From the NCBI GenBank assembly GCA_037447605.1, contig CM074808.1:4092001-4156000 (forward strand): DNA of 64,000 bases. The letters are read 5' to 3'. Shown piece by piece: positions 1 through 13,463 of the stretch (position 1 is its first letter; each line of letters begins with the position of its first letter). A model generated the notes under the pieces. It saw only the letters and a list, made by a program, of their open reading frames with translations, did not search any database and was not told where the DNA came from. This DNA is from Zygnema circumcarinatum SAG 698-1b (Eukaryota; Plantae; Zygnematophyceae). The position numbers and the translations under genes are program-made.

Positions 1-43
1 TATATCTCGTTAATTTCTTTCTCCGTTTTCTCTCTCCTATCAG

Positions 44-3000
44 ATTGGAGTCAAGAACCCAAGAGGTGGAGGATGAATTGCTTCGACTGGGGGACACAAT
101 TTTGTCCACAACAGAAGGCTCCCGAGCTGTGGCATTGGAGCTCTGTCGAAATTTCGATACTAAGTTTGTGGAGCATGTTGATGGGGGCGAGGTCTGATCT
201 GATCCCTCCTTGTACTGCTCACTGGTCTGTGGGAGTGATTCAGAATGTGAGCGGCTGTCAGCAATTTTCTATCCGGTTGCTTGGCATTTTCCCTCACCAT
301 CACTGGGGGATGGTGACTGCAGGACGGAGGAGCGAAGATGGTGGAGAAGTTTGTTGGCTCGCTTCCTGGAAGATTCAGGGCTCTGCCACTCGACCAGCTG
401 TTTAGCATGGATAATGTTAAAAAGGTGCATCTTTTTTGCTGGCTAGAAAGGAGAACCTTTTTAACTTAAGAAACCTTCTTTTTTGTAAACGATGCTGGAA
501 TCCTTGTCAGTCGCTAGCTGAGATTTCGGTTATGTGAATGCTTATGTACGAAGTTAAGGAGGTGCCTCTCGGTACTTGCAGTGAAGGTGGCTAAACCCTT
601 AGAGAAGATTCCGAACCAATGGAGAAGCCCTTCACATGTCCTAAAGCTAAAGTTTTCTACAACACCTGGAATGTGATGCAATTTGGGAACAGGTGACTAT
701 GGAAGCTGATGGTTATCAACCTTATTTGACATCACCTGAGAAGGGCTTAAGGCTTCTTATCAAGCGTTCTCTTGACCTAGCGAAGCAACCTGGACTTCAA
801 TGTGTGGATGAGGTGCAAACTTAAAACGCTTGACAGTTCAACTGCATGTGATCTTGTTAACCCTACAGAGTGTATGCTTGCTCGTTATGTCCGCCTTTTC
901 TGCCTATTGCTTTTCACTGTAGCAGACTAAATTGTTAGTTATGTTTGCAACTGCTTGAAGGCATGCTCAGGTATTTCAGTTTAGCCCTCTGTTTTCTTTT
1001 GGGTTATGCAGCAGATTCTTCTTTGAAGTATGTATGAGCAGACTGAATGAGCTAAGCAGCATGTTTCAAACACCTGAACTTCATTTGTTGAGAGGCTGGC
1101 TTTGATGTCGAAATGGGATGGCTGCTATTTTTTTCTGTAAATATATGGTTTTTCCTATAGGAGTTTTTCCATGTTGTCTGATCACCTTTGATCTTTGTCT
1201 TGACGTTGGAGTCTAGTTCTTTGTGCTGTTACATCCAAGACTGAGAATCATTGCTACACTTCCGGAATTATTATGTTATTTTGTGCGGTAGTTCGTTTTA
1301 AATAGCCGCCAGAGAGTGACAGTATTTTGGACTCGTGGTGTCTGGGCAGGTGCACAAGATTTTGATGGATGTTGTTACTGCTGCTGGCAACACCGCTCCC
1401 TCTCTCATCAGATTTCCTCCACTTAAGCGTGAGGTAGGAATACGGATTCCTAGATGGACGAAACAGAGATGCAATATTATAAATTTAGCCGGTTATGCAG
1501 TTTCAACTGCCAATCCTACTTGCCGGGTATGAGTGTTGAATTAGCAGATTATACACGCAGAGTTTACGCAGCTGCTCTAATAACAACTGGAATTGAAGTC
1601 ATGACAAACCTCAACTTTGTCAGCTCACTGTTGGCCGAGAGGGAATGGTCCATGTGGTGTAGTTGATGGCTATCGCCTCCTCCACCTTGGAACATTATCG
1701 AACTGAGGCAAGGACAATGGTTAACTCCCTTGTGGACATGGAGCGCGTCTTCATTCCTCCAGGGCACTTCATGGATGCCGCGGTTCGACGGTACGTGTTT
1801 GGTGTGTTTGTTGCTACGCCAGCCATTCGTTGAAGCTGTTTAGTCCTTGGTGATGGCATAAGATTGAATTGTTTGGGTTTTGGTTTCAACTCCATAACCC
1901 AAGTTGAGAGATTTACTCTCATACTACTCCAAGTCATGAGGAGTTCTCCTGCAGTTTGGCAGTCAAATGCTGCTCTTCAGGCTCACATTCTTCCAGATAC
2001 TTTAGAGCATAGATATTAAGACAAGCATAGTGCATTTGATGTAGAGCAGCAGGATAGCAGTCTTGGACCACGGGCCGCTTGGCATCACCTCGAATGCCTG
2101 GAAAACCGCAAATGTGATCACGAGTAAATGAGTTGCTTCTGTTATTTAATTTACATTAGGCGTTTGCAGAGGTCGGCGTTCGATTTTGGGTGCATTTTAG
2201 GCTGATAACATTTCGGCTGTTTGATGGAGAGGTTATGATTGGTGGATGCTCGCTTTAGACCTTCCAGGAAAATCCTGCCGCTGATCTCCAAAGAGTTCTT
2301 CACCGCTCTTTCAGGTACGACAAGTTCAGAAGAGAGGATGAGCTTTCGAAGAAGCAGGCAGCTGGCCAACGAAGGACCTCATCAGATGTTGTAAGAACAT
2401 TCTGCGACCGTCCTTGTCATTGACAATGTGGAAGTCGTCGTGCCACTGGAAGCCGGCAAGGCAATATCTGTGTGACTATGCGGAGAGACCATCAATTGCA
2501 ATTTCCACAGGGAAGGTGCTTTATTCTAGAATATGCTGTAGGCACTAGTTGATCCCAGTTGCCTATGCTGGATTGCAGTCAGCACCCAATGATGATGCAA
2601 AGCAGCCAGGACGTATAACTCAGGCGATGAATAACTTGAGAGGGAAATCTGCTCCTCCGCCTCCTCCACCTCCACCCGCGCCTCCTCAAGAGCTTGCAGG
2701 TGACTTACATTGCCTCGGCTAGTTTTGGGACTTCTGAGAAAATGTTTAGCGATGTTCTTAGCCCTGGCTGCGTTGCTGACTTAAGTGAACTGCCGCGTCT
2801 CCTCTTTTGTAGTGTGCTGAATCCGTTAGTCTCATCATTTTCTAGGGGTTGGTCCGTGACATTAATTCCATTTGCTTGGTCTCCCTTAGATTTAACTTTC
2901 TTACCTTCCAGAGTTGCAGGCATGGCCGTTCGAAAACGGTGTTCAAAATCGCACAGCAGCGATAATGCCCCTCCAAATTTTATATTAACATTGTGTTCTA

Positions 3001-5850
3001 GCCGCCTTTATTACTCTCTGAAACAGGGCGAGTGAGATGTGCTGTGCGTCTGAATCTATCATGCTCGCCTTGTTTCTTATGGATACTGTGTTGGTGTGAG
3101 GGTACGGGGCTCGCTCGCAGGGTTTTTATGGAAGGTGAGTTCCAAAGGAGGATGGAGCAAGCGCTGGTTTGCGCTCAGCGACAAGACTGCGCGAGTAAGT
3201 CTTCCAAGGCAATGTGCGACTTAACTACTCTCGCTGATAGCTTTGCAATCCATAGTTGCAAAACAGGTGGTGGAATGCAAAGAAGGTTGTCTTATGTTTG
3301 TTATGGATGATGTTTTGGATGCAGCTATATTATGTAAAGAAACCGGATGAGAAGACCCCCCGGGGCGTGGTTCCTTTGGGGGTACAGCGCGACTCTCCCA
3401 CCCGCCCTAACAACCCGCCCTTTCGACCTCCTGTTATTACACGTTTTTATGTATTTTTGTTGTCGTTACATTGTGAAGCAGATGTAGAGACGTGAGCTGA
3501 GAATTCTTTTGATTAGACAGCAATACTAAGATTTTTATTCTTTATTCAGCAGACCGGATTTATTTTGTTTTTTGTTTTTTTCTTTAACTGACGAGAAGGC
3601 TCTGCCCTTTGAGTCTTATTAGCGAGGTTTGTCTTTTTGGGAGGGCAGGAGTGTCTCATTGAAGACATCGTTTCCCCAGATGAATATCCGGCAATTACTG
3701 GCACTTCCGACCCTTTAAGAGGAAGTAATCAACAGAATGCTGCCGCACTCCAGGGTTTAGTGTTTAAGATTAGCAACAAAGTTCCATACAAAAATGTTGT
3801 GAAAGGTACGCATCAACCTGGCTCGGTCTCCTGGCCCAACGCCTAAGCCTCTGCCTCTGCCTCTGCCTTCTATTTTTTCCCCATCTAGCATCAAAGTCCT
3901 GGAATGGCTTTCTCCCTTACCATTTTGCTGAGAAAGTAGCGCCTCGGATCTTCTGAAATTCCATTGCTTGCAGTTCATCAAAACCTGATCTTGCGAGCTG
4001 AGAATATGACGGAGAAGCAGCTATGGGTCCTTCGAATGAAAGCTTTGACGAAGGTAGAGCAAGAAGACGCGAAGGAGGAGAAGAAAGAAGCGGCAAACGA
4101 AGCACCAGAGGCAGAGGCTTCAGCCAAGGATGAAGGAAACGGGCTCCCTCCCCCTGTCGGAAAGCCTTCAGGAGAAGGTTCTGCCGGGCCACCGGTGAGA
4201 TATTGATTTCGTCGGACATCGTCTTCTTTCTGGTAGCCATGTTTTTGCATACTCGCTAACCCTTAAATCCCTATATCGAGCTCTAGTAGAGTTCTCAGCA
4301 GTGGGTAGGATGGGTCTGTTGACTGCAGGAGAAAGGAGCACTCCCAACCCGGCGGATAAATGATCCAGAAGAGGAGCTGAAGTACATGGCAACTGAAGTC
4401 CGGCATTACGTAGAAGTAGTTCTTTTGTCCCTATCAGCGAATATTCCGAAGGTATGGTTGCAAACGTATTGTAGTCAGTGAAGATGCAGATCATGTGAGG
4501 TGATTTTTACCTGCCTGTGTGAAGGGAGAGTCGTTTGATGCCTGTCGGAAATGCCTTTGGGTGCAGGCCGTTGTGTTGACTCAGGTGGAGAGGGCAAAGG
4601 AGAACATGCTGACCAAACTCTATACTACTATCAGGTCTTCCAACTTGCACTCAGGACTATGGGACTTCGTGTGTCAGACAATTGTTTTTCGCCATGGATT
4701 TTTAGGTTAACGAGTGGATGTTTGTATAAACGTAAATGGATTATTACAGGCTATACTTCGGTCATGGTTTTAGCATTTGGTGATGTGTGATGAAGTTGTT
4801 TTGTTTGGAAACCCACGGGATGGAGTAAGCATGTCTTAGAGATGGTTCTTTGTTTTACTACTGTTCTGCGATACTGCTTGAGAACATGACCATGTCAGGA
4901 CGTTTTTTCACTCCCTTTGTTTTTGATTCTGCTGAACAAAAAATAGTCTAATTCAAAATCTAAATCGAAATTCTTACTTTTCCCGCTTCACTGCTGTGCA
5001 CCTTTACAGTAAACTTACGAACGAGAAGATAGCGGAGCTTTTAGAGGAGGATCCGGATTCGAAAGGAAAACGAGAAAAGGCTCAGAAGCAGCAGGGAGCT
5101 CTGGCCAGCCTTAAGCGCCTCCTCAGCTTGCACGAGGCGCGAGCATCTGCAGAAGAAGCCAACGCAGGTGAGCGGAATTTTCATCTCAATGTTTCTGAAA
5201 CAGACATGGAGGCTCTGCGCTTCACTTAAAATTGGCCCAGGACAGGCCCTTGTTGCCTTTCCATTACTTAACTTGGCATCAACAAACTATCGCTGTTGTG
5301 CTTCAGTCGAGGATTTCATAATGGAGCGAGTTCCCCATGTAGCTGAACGCTTTCAATTGCCCTGGCCTTATTGTGTGCTGACTGTCCATAATGTTTTGGG
5401 ACTTTTCCAGCTCCATCGGTGAAAGAAAGCCCTCTAGTGGAGGACTGGCGAATCGCCTTTCAACAGGCAGGAGGGGGCAGGCGCTCCGCGGCTGATGATG
5501 ATGACGAGGCGCCTTCCCGAGTCTCACAATCAAGACGCGGGAGAGGAGGAGGGCCTCCAAGTGATCAGAGCTCCTCCGGCAGCTCTGCGGGGCAGGGAGG
5601 CCAAGCAGTGAGGCCTGTGCGGGAGGCCCCACCGCCCCCTCCCAGCAGCGTTCAGGCCAACGGCCCCACCATTACAAGGCAGGCCAGTCCCCTCCGGCAG
5701 ACCAGCCCGAGCAGAGGAGTGCCAAATGGGCAGCCTGAGGCGCCTCCCCCTTCCCAGACCGGAGCTCCCATGGGAGCTCCCATGGTGCGCCGCCCCAATA
5801 GGCTGCCTCCCTCGGTTCCTGGAGGGGGTCCGGGCAGTCTCAGATTCTAA
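44..5850 (+). CDS. DRP2: Dynamin-related protein 2 (DRP2A/B-like), 3' part: middle domain, PH, GED and Pro-rich tail; 5' end lies outside the window
   Basis: About 14 GT-AG exons in consistent phase give [44 protein letters not shown]-domain [20 protein letters not shown]-domain [45 protein letters not shown] and a C-terminal [10 protein letters not shown] plus Pro-rich tail (stop 5850). All are recognisable plant DRP2 motifs. Confidence 0.93.
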
Positions 5851-7130
5851 GGCAGGGAGAGCCTCGGGTCTTATTGCGGACTGTGTACAGAATTGCGACG
5901 AGTACGGTGGTTGTCTTGGAAGGGGGTGGTGGAGTGCCTCCAGTTGGTTCCCAGGGGCTCATAGTGTCACAGCTCATCATTGCCTTGTTGATGTGGCAGC
6001 TAGTTGAAGACCGTCAATTTTTTGTAGCTGGAAATGTCCTCCTATTATTAGGTGAAAGATGTGCGACATAGATCCTTGGAAAATAAATGCAGACGTTATT
6101 GCGTATACAGTACGTCGGGAAGGAGACTACTACACGTAAGTTAAGGGTTGTTCGAATGTGAAGTGCTTGTTTGAGTATGAATGTGTTCACATGCCCTGAC
6201 ATGGATGGGTGCTAAGTGTGCCATTTTTTAGTAACTTGTTCGTGCGACTTTGCGGGTATCAAAACCGACCTCCTGGGGACCTCTCTCAGGTCCCAGTAAT
6301 GGACTCAGCATCTTGGATGAGCCAAGTGACAGTGGTTTCAACTGTAGCTTTTAGGATTCACGCAGGCAGAAGTCAAGCCTGCACCCATCAATCATAAGCA
6401 AAGAATTGCCAGAATTTCTTTACATTTTGTTCTCTTTCCTGATTTGTGGGTTTTGCTTATGCCTGTATGTACTTTTCTTGTTGTATGCTAACCCTAGTAT
6501 TTGTGTTGCATAAACAGCAAGCACAGAGTACAAATTTGTGACGGGGCTGTCGTTAAGGAAATGGTTCATTGTTACGTGTGTACGTACACGTAGTTGTCGT
6601 AATATATGCATTGACTTCCTTTCAGGGTTTAGTTTTATGCTGTGCCCAGGCATGGCTAGTAGATTGGTAGTCTTATCTTCCTATTCTTCAGTTCCAGCTT
6701 GCTGTGCGTCGCCACATCGCGCACTCTCCCCCTCCCTTCCATCCTCAGGGCTCTCCATTCATAGGACAAGAAGCAGAAGAGAATTCTCCACCTTTCACAC
6801 TTTCAGCAAATTCGAACATCCCTTGAAGCTCGAACAGCCAATTGTTATGCAATTTTAGGATTCAAATTCGATTGCAAAATTGACTAGCGCATAAAAAATT
6901 TGTAAGCGCAAACCTCCGCAGTGACGACTTGTGTATATTCACAAATGCCTATGCAAGAAAGGCCATTGCGCTGCCCTATATGTCAGCCGCACACTCTCTC
7001 TCAAGACTAGGATTATTTTTCACTTCGAAATCCGCTCATTTACTTTCTGTAATTGGCCAAGCTCAGAAGGATTTTCGTCATCATTGAGAAATGGACTGTA
7101 CAACAGATGCAGGCAGCATGGAGTCTGCCT

Positions 7131-10100
7131 CTAATCGGCCAGGAACTCTTGTCGCGCTCGTGCCAAAACTAAGTCCACCATGGAAACAAACTGGGGTTCC
7201 CGAGCCTGCAGCTCTGCCAAGGTCGTGGCTTCGTGCTCCTCCGCCTGCACGCCACAGAGGAGGGAACGGCTGGATGGAGCATCCATGGATGGATAGATGC
7301 AGAATTTATCTATGGTGGAGACCTATGCATGGATGGATGGATAGATGGACAGCTATGGATGAATGTCGTCCTCGCCAGCCAGGAAAGGACATATGACATG
7401 CTGCTTGGTAGCAAAGTGGAGAGAAAAGCGCGTAATGAAAGGAGGAGAGGAGGGAACCATACGAGCGTAAGTTAATTGCGTTGCATCTAGTCCGACTAAC
7501 AAAGGAACAACGAACAATATATTCCAAGAAAATTACACACAAGCGTGCACACACACAGACACACTGAGCGCTTCTCCAGGGTGAGTTACAGCATGGTCTT
7601 GGCATCAGTTGAACGCGAACTCACCTCCTGGAAAGTGAGAAGAACGAGATTGGTCACAGAGGGTGGTTGATTTTGATCCCACCTGCGCGTGCAATGGGCA
7701 CCTCAGTCTCCAATAGGAAGTAACGAGCATCTGCTGAGGTTTCTCATCAAATTGTTGACTCACCTTCGCTTCGACAAGCATCGGCCGTTATTTCATATTT
7801 TTTTTGCACATCACTTCTCAAAGTTGACAAATATCTTGCGAGGAAATGAACTAGCAATGCTATAGCCAGAATGACCACATTGCATAACGCATACTGGGCC
7901 ACCCATTCATCTATGTCCGAGGCGCTAACTCGATGCGCCTCACCATGAAACAGCCTCAAAACAGCCTTGGGTGAATGTCATAACCGCACCGTGTGAGAGT
8001 CATTTGCCCAATAGAGCGCCACATGCCTCTGCCTGCATCCCTCGTCCTCTGATCCCTTGCACTCCGACCTCTCCACAACTCGCGAACTATATACGCTACC
8101 TCCTCCACATCCACCTGCAGCAGCATTCAGCCCTATATATCAGTGGCTTTGCATCAAGAACAGAGAGCAATCAATGAAGTTCAGTTTGCAGAGAACTTAA
8201 TTCTACAAAGCGCACAAACAACCCAACCCACTATCAGACTCACCTCGACAGCTGCTGCAGACCCAAAAAGAGACTCCTCCCTTTCTATGAGCCGACGATG
8301 CAGGAGTCCATAGTGCTCTACTCCTAGCTGTAGAACGGGCTCGCTGTTGACACGTAGACCAGCCAATTGGGTAACGACATGTGTCGCCATGGCCTGACCA
8401 AACATGGCAGGAATTGTGCCCAAAACAGGGATCACTCGCACACGGAACCCTGGCACCACCTGTCCTACCACCAATAGTCCCGCACTTTTTTGAATAAGAA
8501 AAAGCCTACACCCTTAAAATTGATAACGAACTACTGCGACAAGGGCCATAACGCCTCTGCTGCATTCCGCATGACAGCGAGATTCAAATTGATCATTGCG
8601 GCTCGCACGGCTACCAAATTTTCAATTAATTCTTCACCACAGCTCGTTGTGCATATCATGGCCAGTGCATGCTACAACATGCTGTTTTCGGGACTTACAA
8701 CAGATAGCTGTTGCGCAATGGCAGCGGCAGCATCGTACAAGACAAGACCCAATCATTTGAATTGCAGCCAGCCGACACAATACAACCAAAACAAACAATG
8801 GTGTAGAAGGCACCTGATAGTCTAAAGGGTCGCTATCGGTCCCATTTGGGCCTTCAAAAGGAAGTAGTTTTACTTTGGGCTTTTCTGTGGAAAACACCAC
8901 TGGGACTCCTCCCTCAATCCCATGTTCCCTCCGCAACCGGTGCCGCACCTGCGGGGAGCAGATACCATACAGAACGCAACCTCACTTTCCAAGTCCACAA
9001 AACAAACAAATCTCACCATGTAGGCAATCAAATACTTCCACTCAAAGAGTAAAAAATGCAGGTAACTGCTTTACAACCAGCTCCATTGTCAGGGGTTGAA
9101 AACACACAGCATCGTGACTTCAAACATGGATAATCTCACCGCGCGTGAAAGAGGATCTACAGAAGACTCGCTGAGGTCTGCGATACGGATTCGTGTCGGA
9201 TCTGCTCTGGCCCCCGCCCCTGTTGCACTCAGAACAGGCAGGCCTCTCCGCATGCATGCAGCAAGCAGGGCCACCTGCAGAAACAAAGAACACAACAGTC
9301 CAGTTCAAGATAGCATCGTAGAGTAGAAGGTTCATTGATAGGGGAGTACTCGAACTGGAAGTGAAGTACATTTACAATTCATGGAGCTCACCTGCCAGCA
9401 ACATGAGTGCAAGAACCTGCAAAGGAGCTCACCTTCGTGTCTATGTTATCAATGCAATCAAGCACATAGTCCGGACTTCCAGAAAGAATTTCTTCCTCCG
9501 TGGCAGCCTCGAACATTGTGACACGGGCATCCACTTCAGACTCGGGAAAAATCCGTGCAAAGTGCTTCTGTAAACAGAGAGCTTTTGGAGTGCCCACATC
9601 TGCGCGTGTCGCGACTGCATGTCGATTCAAAGAAGATAACGAAACCTGATCCAAATGAAAGAAACCAGCTGCGTTAGGAATTTGCGACGGATAATCATCA
9701 ATACATGTGGAACTAGAAAGGAGGAGAAAACATGGATGGAAACACTGAATGGGTAGACAGATCGCTTGCGAGCACCTACGAACATTGACCAATAATCTCG
9801 GAAAATAAACATAATCTCGTTAAGCTTAGGTGCATTGTCTTCTCTGTCACATGAAGCTACCGGCAAATGGGCATGTCACTTCTTATACCGTGCCTAGTTC
9901 CTTATCGATTTATCATGGCAGACTGGCCTAGAAACCTTCAAAATCCTAGAGACTCTCAAAATCCAAAAAAAATGCTAGGGAAGATTTGAATACCTGATCA
10001 AAATCTATTAACCGAAGACGTCCCACGCCTGATCTAAGGAGCATCGCAGCAGCATGGCTGCCTACGCCACCAAGTCCCACGACAACCACAAAGGCTCTAT

Positions 10101-11245
10101 AAACTCGAGATTGCCCTTCCTCCCCAAAAAACTGCAAATTCCTGCCCCGAAATTCATCCCGCTGATTTGATATGAGTAAGTCGAGAACCATCATTCTCAA
10201 AAGTCGAAGAGTTCCCTGGCTAACAAGCGATCAATGGCCCGTAAGCTGGCGAAGTTATCCTGCTCAAAGCAGAAAAATGTAGAAGAAGCTTCTATCCAAA
10301 ATTGTTTTTCCAGAAAAAATTATCAGTATGGAATTGTATATGGGTACCTTGTGAACTGTTCACCGATAATGTCGTCTGGTTGTCCCGCCAGTGACGAGGG
10401 AATGACCCCAAAAGTGGGTGAAGAAAGACTAGGCGACCTTCCAAAGGAGAAGCCTCCGTCAACAAAACCATTGACTTCCCCTGCAGGAAGCACATTGGTT
10501 AGCAAGAAAGTACTATGCAGAAAACAGTTCTGACGACTGTGAAACTTGGAGAATGGGAGGAGGCGTCATTCCGCCCACGACACACATTCATTCCTCACTC
10601 TATCTGAGACAATCGCACCATTTTGGTCTCTTTCCCTCAATCACAGATGGAAGACGGAAGCTAAAAAAATTCAATGACCATGAAATCTGTCCATTTATAT
10701 AGAAAATAGGTCCATCAGTGGCAATACCTGGTTTTGAGATCCGAAATGGCGTTCCACCATTCGCATCTGGCATGGCCCACGCCTGACGTGTCGGAGTTGT
10801 AGGAGGAGAGCCTCCGAGAGCTATGGACCTCCAAGTCCTCCATTCTCTGTTCGAAACTTGTACAGTCATCAATTCGAAGACAAAGCAGGTACTCACTTAC
10901 CGCAAACAGCTTCAATTACATGCTATGTCAAGTGGCGTACAATGTTTGCAGGTTTCATGAAGCAGCTACACTTCGTTTAGACGATATCTTGCTCAAACCT
11001 CCGTGAATTTGCCAGGGACGAAAACATCGGATTTAAATCTAAAAGTGAAGTCTACTTCTGAAACAAACAACAAATCATTCTCAAGAAACGAGGAAAACGA
11101 CGATATAGGGCATCCCATTAAGGTCGTACCTCCAGCTCCACTGTCTCCTTGGAGAAAACGCGTAACGCACAACAGCGAGAGCAAGGCATGAGCCAACTGC
11201 TACGCCTGCTGCGAAGACAGTCAGAGTTGAACGCCGAATGGACAT
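7131..11245 (-). CDS. TCD: tRNA threonylcarbamoyladenosine dehydratase (ThiF/E1-like, TcdA/TCD family) with N-terminal hydrophobic anchor
   Basis: Phase-consistent exons from ATG 11245 (MSIRRSTLTVFAAGVAVGSCLALAVV) through EQFTR|NLQFFGEEGQ, VVVGLGGVGSHAAAMLLRSGVGRLRLIDFDQVSLSSLNRHA, DCIDNIDTK, GAGARADPTRIRIADL and VIPVLGTIPAMFG to QEFLAD-stop at 7131. Confidence 0.93.
7268..7372. repeat. Degenerate (ATGG)n microsatellite in the last TCD intron
   Basis: Runs such as ggatggagcatccatggatggatagatg and gcatggatggatggatagatggac. Confidence 0.6.
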
Positions 11246-13463
11246 TGCACCCACTACTGAGTAGTTCTACACTTTCCAGAACTTGAAAACTGCCTGCGTT
11301 CCGTCCTTTCCCGTGGAATACAAACAAGAAGCTTTCACGCTGTCTCCCTGCATCATTCCCTCGCTCTGGCGACTCTTCATGGTTTCACTGTCCCTGCAGG
11401 ACCTTGTAAGCGAGAAATACTATTGTGTCGACAGAAAATTCTCTTTCTCAGCTCAGCCTTAAAAGGACCTTGACCGAGAATTTGCAGCCGATATGAACGC
11501 TGCTAATCATGAAAGCCTGCTGCCGCTGGACGAAGCTCCGAGAGTGCCCCCTACCCCTCCCTATGCCCGCCCAGCTTTCCTGCCTCCCTTCAGCTCACAA
11601 CAGGAAGGGCCAGTGCCCAACTGCATCAAGGGCGCGCCTACGCCTCGTCTCTCCCTCCCTCGCCCTTCAAGGAACCTGCAAGGCTTCGCTGTCCGCGGCC
11701 TCCCTCGCATCGGCGTGCGGATGATAATATCTCCTCCGCCCGCGGACAAGACGAGACGAGACGCCAAAGGACGGGCCAGGGACGGGGATCGCCTCGGCGC
11801 ATCGCGGCCGTTGGATCCGCCACGCGGGCAGGAAGCGGACCGGACGCATCGCAGCCGTTCATCCCGCACTGCAGGTCCAAACCATTCATAATTGAAATCC
11901 CACGCGCGCATGGCGAAGTTGCCTGCTTGTTCCGACTACTTAGGGGCCACGGACGGTCGTCGAGGAACTCTCTCGCTCCGAGTCGACCTCGTCCCGCCTC
12001 TGGGAGGAGGAGGCACATCACCTGAAATTGTGTCGTCCGTACCGATTTGACGAGGCGCCCAGAGGCTGGAGCCGACCGACCGACCGAAGTTCCGTGAAAT
12101 GTGAAAGGTTAGGTTGGGCGCGCCCCCGTGGCCCCCACCCTCTGTTCGACGCCAGTGTGAACAGGGAAAGGTGAAGTTGCTGGTCTGCTCCGCTTCGCCG
12201 ATCGCGCTCATGTTTGACGAGCGCCAAAACCTACTTTGTGCGGAACCATCGGACTGTGGGAACAGCGCTGGGACCACAGGACGGCGGGATCGGCTTCGAA
12301 CTCATCGCAAAAAAAGGGAGTGGAACTTGCTTCTTTCTGGGCGATGTTTTCATTATTTCTTCAATTTTTTTTTTTAGGAGCGAGTCCACTTGTTTCTAGC
12401 CAGAGTCGGTCAAGGGTTGTGAGTCGAGTAGTTAATTGGTGGGGAGAGGCGGAGTCTAGGTACATTTAGGGTGAGATCAATGGAGTCGACATTTTTTGGC
12501 CTCTCTTTTTGATTGACCTGACCTGGAAAAATCTCATGATGGCAATATTGGCTGTTGTGTAATGCTTTTGCTACTGTTTCAGTAAAAGGAATGGAGGGTG
12601 CAAAACCATGTGACTTTCTTTACCCCATCCGGTTAGTTTAGTTCAGTGTCGTGTTCAAACTCTTTTCCCATTGGAGTAGCGCTTTGCCTCTGCTCTGAAT
12701 ACCTTTTGGCACAGCTTGGCTCTCACGTCATGCAACTGCGCGCCATTGGTCACATGGGTCACGTCGCATGTGCGCTGACATTCCGGACCTTCTTGGAAGT
12801 CTTTTGGAGGGACCAACCCGAGACTCGCTAGTCGAAGTCATTGCCTTTGTGAAAGTTATTACTGTCCTTAAAAACAGCACTTAACGATGAAGAAAGTATA
12901 GGGGCTGTAGAAGCTGCACTGCCCCCCCGGCACACGCACCGCCATTCATCTACCTGCAGACCAGCCCCCATGCATGCATGCATCCTTCCAGCCGCCCACA
13001 CACGCGCTATTCTTTTCTTCCCTGCTCCGAAGGTTTGCTGAAATGATCGCCAATGAGGTTCGGAGCGAGGCTGCGCATACGCTGTAAAGTGACCGCTGAA
13101 ACAATAAGCAGGAGCGGGAGCACCCCCTTCCACTAATCAAACTGACACCAGCTAGCACACTGAGAACATGAAGGTGATTCCCAGGAGGAGGAGGACATGC
13201 ACCGCCGCGCCACTCTTGTTCGCCTATAAGCATTGTGCCGGCCTCAGTTTTTTTCCTAAGCAGTAGAATATATGACATCGGTCAGCTCCTATATGCACAT
13301 GCCTGACGCACAGACTAGCTTCTAACGTAGATCTTCGACTAAAGAATTGACTATTGGAAGTGGCGAGATGGTATCAACAATGCCAAAGAGTAAATAAAGT
13401 CCGAGAAGAAATGTGATCAAATTATGGACATGCATATTGAAAGACGTGAATTCCTTCGATATG

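Noticed and set aside
11400-13400. Many overlapping GC-rich ORFs between TCD and the F-box/LRR gene
   Set aside because: No recognisable domains or coherent splice path; more likely promoter or UTR sequence.
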